DNA of 56,111 nucleotides, filler included, from Squatina squatina (lineage: Eukaryota): NCBI GenBank assembly GCA_031763465.1. It is 3 parts of 3 records of this genome, joined end to end, with 100 filler letters (N's around TTAATTAATTAA, not from the genome) between each part and the next. Parts side by side here need not be neighbours in the genome. Positions count along the whole stretch, not along the records: positions 39,728 to 56,111 come from JARFOE010000001.1; 2 more parts are not named here. One strand, given 5' to 3'. Under the pieces are notes generated by a model that searched no databases, was not told where the DNA came from, and saw nothing but the letters and a program-made list of their open reading frames with translations. Both the position numbers and the translations under genes were made by a program. This document shows positions 49,510 to 56,111 of the stretch, in pieces (positions within the stretch are counted from its first letter, which is position 1; each line of letters starts with the position of its first letter).

Positions 49510-50000
49510 TCAGCAACTCCACCTATTTCCACTTCTGTAATATCCCCTGTCTCGGCCCCCACCTCAGCTCATCTGCTGCCGAAAACCATCATCCATACCT
49601 TTGTTACCTCCGGACTTGACTATTCCAATGCACTCCGATCTCGCCTCCCACATTCCACCCTACGCAAATGAGAAGTCATCCAAACCTCTGCTGCCCCTCA
49701 CTCGCACCAGGTCCCGCTCACCCCAGTGCTCACTGACCTACGTCGGCTCCTGATTAATCAACGCATAGATTTCAAATTTCTCGTTCCTTTTTTTCAAATC
49801 CCTCCACGGCCCTCACCCCCTTCCTATCACTGTAATCTCCTTCGGCCCCGCAAAACTCCAAAATATCGGCATTCCCCGAACTCTCCCGTCCTGAGCATGC
49901 CTGATTACATTCGCTCAATCCTCTGTGGCCGTGCCTTCAGCTGCCTAGTGCCTAAGCTCTGGAATTCCCTGCACAAGCCCCTCCGCCCCTCTTTCTTACG
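49510..50000 (+). mobile_element. L2 LINE fragment
   Basis: KTIIHTFVTSGLDYSNAL..PVLTDLRRL..RIDFKFLV..GRAFSCLVPKLWNSL. Confidence 0.88.
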
Positions 50001-50016
50001 TTAAATTTTTATAAAA

Positions 50017-50260
50017 ATGGAAGGAACTAGACTGATTCCTGGGATGGCAGGACGGACGTATGAGGAGAGATTGGATCGATTAGGCCTGTATTCACTAGGG
50101 TTTAGAAGAATGAGAGCGGATATCTTGGAAACCTATAAAATTCAAACAGGACTAGACAGACTAGATGCAGAAAGGATGTTCACAATGGCGGGGGAGTCCA
50201 GAACCAAGGGGCACAGTCTCAGGATACAGGGTAAGCCTTTGCAACCGAGATGAAGAGAAA
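50017..50260 (+). mobile_element. CR1 fragment
   Basis: TRLIPGMAGRTYEERLDRLGLYSLGFRRMRADILETYKI..ESRTKGHSLRI. Confidence 0.9.
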
Positions 50261-50513
50261 TGTCTTCACTCAGATGCTGGTGATACTGTGGACTTCTCGG
50301 AGAGGCTGAAGAAAATTTCAGAGGTTTCACACCGGCTACAAGCTGTAGTCACTCTGGAGCAGACACATCTGAATCTTAGCTACAGGAATTTACTGATATA
50401 TGGGGTTCTATTTNNNNNNNNNNNNNNNNNNNNNNNNNNNNNNNNNNNNNNNNNNNNNNNNNNNNNNNNNNNNNNNNNNNNNNNNNNNNNNNNNNNNNNN
50501 NNNNNNNNNNNNN

Positions 50514-51160
50514 TCAATCTCCGCTTTAGAATTAACAATTGATCCAGCATCAATTGCCATTTGTGGAAGAGAGTTCCAAACTTCTACCACCTTTTGTGTG
50601 TAGAAGTGTTTCCTAATTTCACCCCTGAAAGGTCTGGCTCTAATTTTTAGACTATGCCCCCTAGTCCTAGACTCCCCAACCAGCGGAAATAGTTTCTCTA
50701 TTTACCCTATCTGTTCCTCTTAATATCTTGGAAACGTCGATCAGCTCACCCCTTAAACTTCTAAATTCCAGGAAATACAACCCTAATTTGTGTAATCTCT
50801 CCTCGTAACTTAACCCTTGGAGTCTGGGTATCATTCTGGTACTCTCACCAAGGCCAATATATCCTTCCTAAGGTGCAGTGCCCAGAACTGTTCACAGGTG
50901 TGGTCTAACCAGGGTTTTGTACGGCTGCAGCGTAACTTCTACCCCCTTGTATTCTAGTCCTCAAGATATAAAGTATTCCGTTAGCCTTTTTGATTATTTT
51001 CTGTACCTGTTCATGACATTTTAATGGTCTATGTACCTGGACCCCCGAGTCTCTTTGGACCTCCACGGTCTTTAGCTTTTCACCATTTAGAAAGTCCCCT
51101 GTTCTATCCTTTTTGGATGACCTCACATTTGCCTACACTGAAATCCATTTGCCACAGTTT
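50514..51160 (-). mobile_element. CR1 fragment
   Basis: LNGEKLKTVEVQRDSGVQVH..QVQKIIKKANGIL; VVEVWNSLPQMAIDA. Confidence 0.9.
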
Positions 51161-52083
51161 TTATATTATATTTTCCTTTCTTTAGGCTGCGCAGATTTTG
51201 GTAATCTCTCTGCAAATAATTAAAGTTATCGATTAGATTCTCGGCTTCATTAAGCTGTCATAAAGTAGGAACTAGGGTTGGTTAAATGTGCGTTCTGCAT
51301 CTCACACCACAATGTATCAATAAATATCCTACTGACCAAGGCTCAGGTGACAATGCACTGTTTAAGCTGGGGAGTCCCAGGATCGTCAGACTTACTACGG
51401 GGTCCATGTGGTCATCAAATTTCTGTATCGTCAGATTTCTGCATCACTTTGCCTTTGTTGACCTATTCATACATTATTCCTGTTGCTCGATATACACGAA
51501 TAAATACACTTTCTGTAATGATCGCACTGTTTTGTAATGATGGCACTGTTTTGCTTTGGGTAGCTGATATTTACAGTCTTTTGGAAATTAGGTCAGGTGG
51601 TCCCTTGGAGTGTGTCAATATTAGCAGGGGTGTGTTCCAATGTTTGGAGGGGGTCCTGGAATGTCAAAATTCGCAGGCGATCCTGAGGGAAGTGTTAAGA
51701 GTTTGCAGGAGGTCCCCAGGAATGTGTCACGGAGGCAGCCCAGAAATTACAGAATGAGTTAAATAAAACATGTGAGCCGGCTGAACAATGACAGATGAAA
51801 TTTAATGCAGACAACTGTAAAGCACTGCACAATAGAAGGAAATAACATTTTGTGAATTAAGATAAAACAGTAATATAACATAATAGGAAGGGTATTGGCT
51901 ATTTCAAAGTACCAGAACTTAGAACAAACAGTTCAACGTGACACTCAATGTTAGCTAAACTACTCTATCATACTTGAGGCATCAAACAATATCTGCACAT
52001 TAGTGCAAATAAAGTCAAACTTCAATATAGAGTGCAGGATTTTTTTCCTAATCGGATATACTTCTGTTTCTGAAATATCTTAC

Positions 52084-52348
52084 CTTCACAGTGATGAATA
52101 ACTCTTTCCCACAGTCTGTTGTTTCTAAGACAGGTCAGACTGCCTACTATCAGCAAGTGTCTTTTCCCTCTGGTAAGTGCAACGTTCATTCGCTTCTCAG
52201 AGTCTATAAACCCAACCTGACGAGTCCTCACACAAGACAAGACAATAATCTCCTTTTCTGCTCCCTGGAAAGCATCCACTGTTGAAACCTGAACAGCTTT
52301 AATCTCAGCCAGGTCACATTGTGCAGTATAGTTAAGTAATCCACATAA
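52084..52348 (-). CDS. ZGRF1: ZGRF1 exon, UPF1-like SF1 helicase motifs V-VI
   Basis: 265 bp, CTCGCAG|TTA..GAAG|GTAAG; LCGLL..VQVSTVDAFQGAEKEIIVLSCVRTRQVGFIDSEKRMNVALTRGKRHLLIVG..HCE. Confidence 0.94.
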
Positions 52349-52908
52349 CTGCGAGTGCACAAAAAAAGAAAAAGAACCGTAAATTGGCACTTCTTTAATT
52401 GGTAACAGCATTATTGTCAATGAATTCTTGCAAAGAATACATGCCTGCATGAAACCAAATCTTTAAAATAGAAACATATGTACTATTGCAAACAAAATAG
52501 GTTGAGGGACGATAAACCCAATTTACAATGTCCAAAACATTAACCTTTAAAGCCAATCGCTAAAAACCATTTCCTAAAAATCAAAATCTCAAAACTGGTA
52601 GTATAAGTGGGCCATCAAATGGTAAAAATGGAATTCTTTTTGAAATTGAAATATATTGTGGTATTATGCTGCAAGCAGGCAATGCCGGCAAGAAGCAAGT
52701 GTTACATGAGTCATCCTTTTGTGCTCTTCTGAAATGGCCAGAAGAGTGGGCGGCATGTTGACAGATCAGAACTGCTGATCTGCTGAATCATTTGAAGAGG
52801 AGAAAAAATGTTCTGACTTTGAAAGAGTTGAGATTCTTTCCAGCCCACACAGATCACACATTTTCTGTGCACATACTGATAAAGCGGCCACAAGTTGATA
52901 ACTTTTAT

Positions 52909-53023
52909 AGTGTGTGTGTGTGTGTGTGTGTGTGGAGTATATTTTAGTGTGTGTGTGTGTGCGTGTGTGTGGAGTCTGTTATACTGTGTGTGTGTGTGTG
53001 GAGTCTATTATACGGTGCGTGTG
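52909..53023. repeat. Compound (TG)n micro/minisatellite
   Basis: (TG)n runs separated three times by a GAGTCTATTATAC-like spacer; runs into a gap. Confidence 0.85.
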
Positions 53024-53538
53024 NNNNNNNNNNNNNNNNNNNNNNNNNNNNNNNNNNNNNNNNNNNNNNNNNNNNNNNNNNNNNNNNNNNNNNNNNNNNN
53101 NNNNNNNNNNNNNNNNNNNNNNNTACTTTTATATCCAAATGTAAATAAAAAGATAATAAATAAAGTGCTGATGGATCTCTTTGGTTGGTTGACAAAACAC
53201 TTAAAAAATATCTGCAATAACACTTTCACTCCAGAAAGGAAGCAGCGGTGTGTAAAATGTAGGAAGCACATTTTCCTGCAGCAAATAAACATATTAAACA
53301 ATTTTCAGCAAAAGCCATAGATGTGGTGTTGGGAGTGTCTCGAAGGAAAGGCCCAGTATGAAACTGTTACTGTGACAGCTCCCAACAGAACTATCACAGT
53401 ATCCACTGGTAATAACAGTACCCATGGTTACTACAGAGTGAAAAAAATGTTTAGTTCCTTAGCATAATCCACTGGAAAAAGCTTTCTTAAATCTGTATAA
53501 AAACATTAAAATTGATGTGCCCTCTGCAAAATATTTAC

Positions 53539-53715
53539 CTGCTCACATCCTTTAACACTGTAAAAGCAAAGAGTAGGCAACCAGTCTAATAGAGGATTTA
53601 GATTCAAAACGGAATGTCCATCTATAAGATTTCCATCATAGAAGAGTTCATTGGTTATGGCACTTATAGTAGGATGGCATCTGTACTGAGTCCGAAGCAT
53701 AATCGGATTATGGCC
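53539..53715 (-). CDS. ZGRF1: ZGRF1 exon (QYRCHP motif)
   Basis: 177 bp, CCCCCAG|GGC..CAG|GTAAAT; GHNPIMLRTQYRCHPTISAITNELFYDGNLIDG..PLLDWLPTLCFYSVKGCEQ. Confidence 0.93.
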
Positions 53716-54009
53716 CTGGGGGACAGGGGGAGAAAAAAATCCAGAAAGATTATATTAACACAAACAAAATGTACTCACATAGATGATTCATAGCTGCTTT
53801 CAAAGAATAGTAAAACATTTCTGTGTGACCAACACTGTGAATAATAGTTTTATTTTCAGATGTGTGAATACTAACAAAGAGCTAATCTGTTTTTTTCAAT
53901 GAACCAGAAAGAAGCACTTACCAAATGAAGTAAGGCAAAGCATGGACATCATTAATGTTGAACCTGTCCACATTCAAAACAGAGTTCACATATTCCTTTT
54001 GTGCTTCGT

Positions 54010-54252
54010 GTGCACTTGGCACAACTAGCACACACTGCAAATACAATGTTGGGTGCAGCTGGTGTTGCTGTGCAGATTCCACAGCTGAGACAGTTGGCAC
54101 AGATGGCAGACTACACCAATAAGACTGTGAGAACCCAGTCGGGAGTTGGTGCAGATTGCACAGAAAACATAATTGGGATTGCAGAGACACTTGGGACAGT
54201 TTGCACAGATGGTATGGGTAACTGTAGTACTCATAACTGTACTCATAACTGG
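54010..54252. repeat. Degenerate ~9-bp periodic repeat plus a 12-bp tandem duplication
   Basis: Recurring (G)CACAG(A/T)TGG / GCAGATT units; GTACTCATAACT twice near 54227-50. Confidence 0.45.
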
Positions 54253-55235
54253 TACAATTGACTGGCATCATTTAAAACATTAAGTGCAAAGAATATACAA
54301 CTTCCTGCAAGTTACTTCACTAATCATTCACAACCGTAAGCCTGATTAAGTGGATAATTTTCTTGTTGAAATATAATTATCAAAACATGCAGATCACTGA
54401 ACTAGGAATACTGTAAAATTGATGGTATGAACTGCACCTTCATGTAGGTTTACATGAGCTGTGGATTCAAGTAAAAAAAAATATTCATAGATATGACCAA
54501 TACACAGGATTTGATGCTATTAGATTGGTTATGTAGTTCCCTACTCCACCATAGGTTTTTCAGCAGTTTTAAAAATTAAAATGTAGACCTCTGCCCTGCA
54601 CGACCTTTATTTATATTATATATAGGGGGATCTTTATAAGCATCATGTTGCACAATTGCTATTTAAAGAAGCTGAATGATCTAATATGATGATGATGATA
54701 CTAATAGTGTGATTCAATTACCAAAAATCCTTAAACAATATTTGTATACAACATGCTGATTAAATATGAAACAGTATCCCCTGCTACCTTGCTAGTTGCA
54801 TTATGTTCACTGTGGGTGGGAACTACAGTTGCACAGATCTGGCCTGCTGGAGTGTGATCTCATTACACAGACTATACAAGGGTACAGGGATAAACATAAA
54901 AGGCTCGCTATTATGTAAAAAGCAAAATACTACAGATGCTGGAAATCTGAAGTTGTTTTCAGATGATGTCACCGAGGGTCAGCATNNNNNNNNNNNNNNN
55001 NNNNNNNNNNNNNNNNNNNNNNNNNNNNNNNNNNNNNNNNNNNNNNNNNNNNNNNNNNNNNNNNNNNNNNNNNNNNNNNNNNNNNTGTCCTGGCTGAGTT
55101 GGCTAGGTAGTCTTTCTGTGGTGCTTACAGCATATTGAATGAAGATAAATGGAATATAAGGGTTTACAAATTGTGAAGGAGAAAAGGAGAAAAATAACAG
55201 GAACAAAAAATTAACAAACATTTATTTGTTTTTAC

Positions 55236-55480
55236 CATGTATGACTGTGACTGGCAGAATGACGTCCTGGGGGCTCTCGCTCTTAGCCATCATTATAGCT
55301 ACTTGTCGGAAGGCAGCTCCCTGATCTGTATTCAGGTGAAACTTCTGTATCATTTCCATCGCCAATGCAACTACCCTTTCTTTGCACAACAATCCAGTCA
55401 TTACCGCTGGCATTATTAACGCAGGAGAAACAAACCTTCCTCTTGCAGACTTGACTATTTCCTCATCATTATCATAAGGC
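55236..55480 (-). CDS. ZGRF1: ZGRF1 exon just before Walker A
   Basis: 245 bp, TCTGTAG|G..CATG|GTAAAA; PYDNDEEIVKSARGRFVSPA..FHLNTDQGAAFRQVAIMMAK..LPVTVIHG (Q-motif; the next exon would start VFGAGKS). Confidence 0.88.
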
Positions 55481-56111
55481 CTACAGATTGAAACAAATAT
55501 CAGTTTTTTAAAGGATGAAATAGCTTTTTAGTTAATACAGAAGCATGGCCTTAAAAAAATGTAACCAGAAAACTAAAACTTGCCACTTTTTTTTTTTAAA
55601 TACTATTAATGTTTAATAAAAACACAGGACACCAGTAAACAACTATTTATTTCCGATGTGATGAGCTAGGAGATTGGTTTGAACCCTTCTTCAACTTCAA
55701 AAAAAAAGAAAATAAACAAAAATGGCAGAATATAATCTCTCTGCTTTGTAGTCGACATTTCATGCAAAAGTGCTCTGCAGTATCATGGGAATCAAACAGG
55801 AGGAAAAAAGTTAAAACTATTCTCTGGCACTGACATTCCACCTTAAATGAAAGTAAAAGCAAGCCAAGGAGCTAGAGAAATTAAATTAAGACTTCCAATA
55901 TATTATGCAGGTTTATATCATGCCAGAATGTTAGCCAATTTTATTTAATCCTTTCCTTTATCACCTTGCTTCGATTATAGCTGTTTATTTACCAGAAAAT
56001 CGCAGTTTGTTTTTAACAAAAAAAAGTATCAATTGCTCTATGTGCAAGTGCTAAATGGTGCAAGTTTTCCGTACAGAGAACTAGCGTCCTTCACACACCA
56101 GACACAAAAAT

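Noticed and set aside
52909-53023. CRISPR-like repeat-spacer pattern
   Set aside because: Simple TG runs with a short recurring spacer in vertebrate intron DNA; no cas genes
54025-54246. Cys-rich ORF as a metallothionein or zinc-finger gene
   Set aside because: Cys spacing follows from the degenerate TGTG/TGC-containing repeat; intronic, with no promoter evidence

Overview
Eukaryotic, very probably cartilaginous-fish (shark-like) genomic DNA from a fragmented draft assembly. Short contigs are joined mostly by 100-N gaps, and two artificial 44N-TTAATTAATTAA-44N linkers (26368-26467, 39628-39727) split the window into three blocks. Block 1 holds the last three coding exons of EBF3 (minus strand), a matrin-type zinc-finger exon (MATR3/RBM20/ZNF638 family), a decayed near-full-length Harbinger transposase, a Harbinger Myb/SANT remnant and an LTR-like element. 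Block 2 holds two paralogous TMEM87 exons (72 and 69 bp). Each has a U2-type AG acceptor but a U12-type ATATCCT donor, i.e. a mutually exclusive exon pair enforced by major/minor spliceosome incompatibility; this is the most striking feature. Block 2 also carries Harbinger, hAT-MITE, Penelope, CR1 and SINE repeats. Block 3 holds enhancer-like non-coding blocks, the promoter and first exon of a SWAP70/DEF6-family gene ending in a GC donor, and three ZGRF1 exons (minus strand). Gene calls rest on recalled vertebrate protein sequences, not database searches. Repeat boundaries are approximate unless TIRs/TSDs are quoted. No rRNA, tRNA genes or CRISPR arrays are supported.
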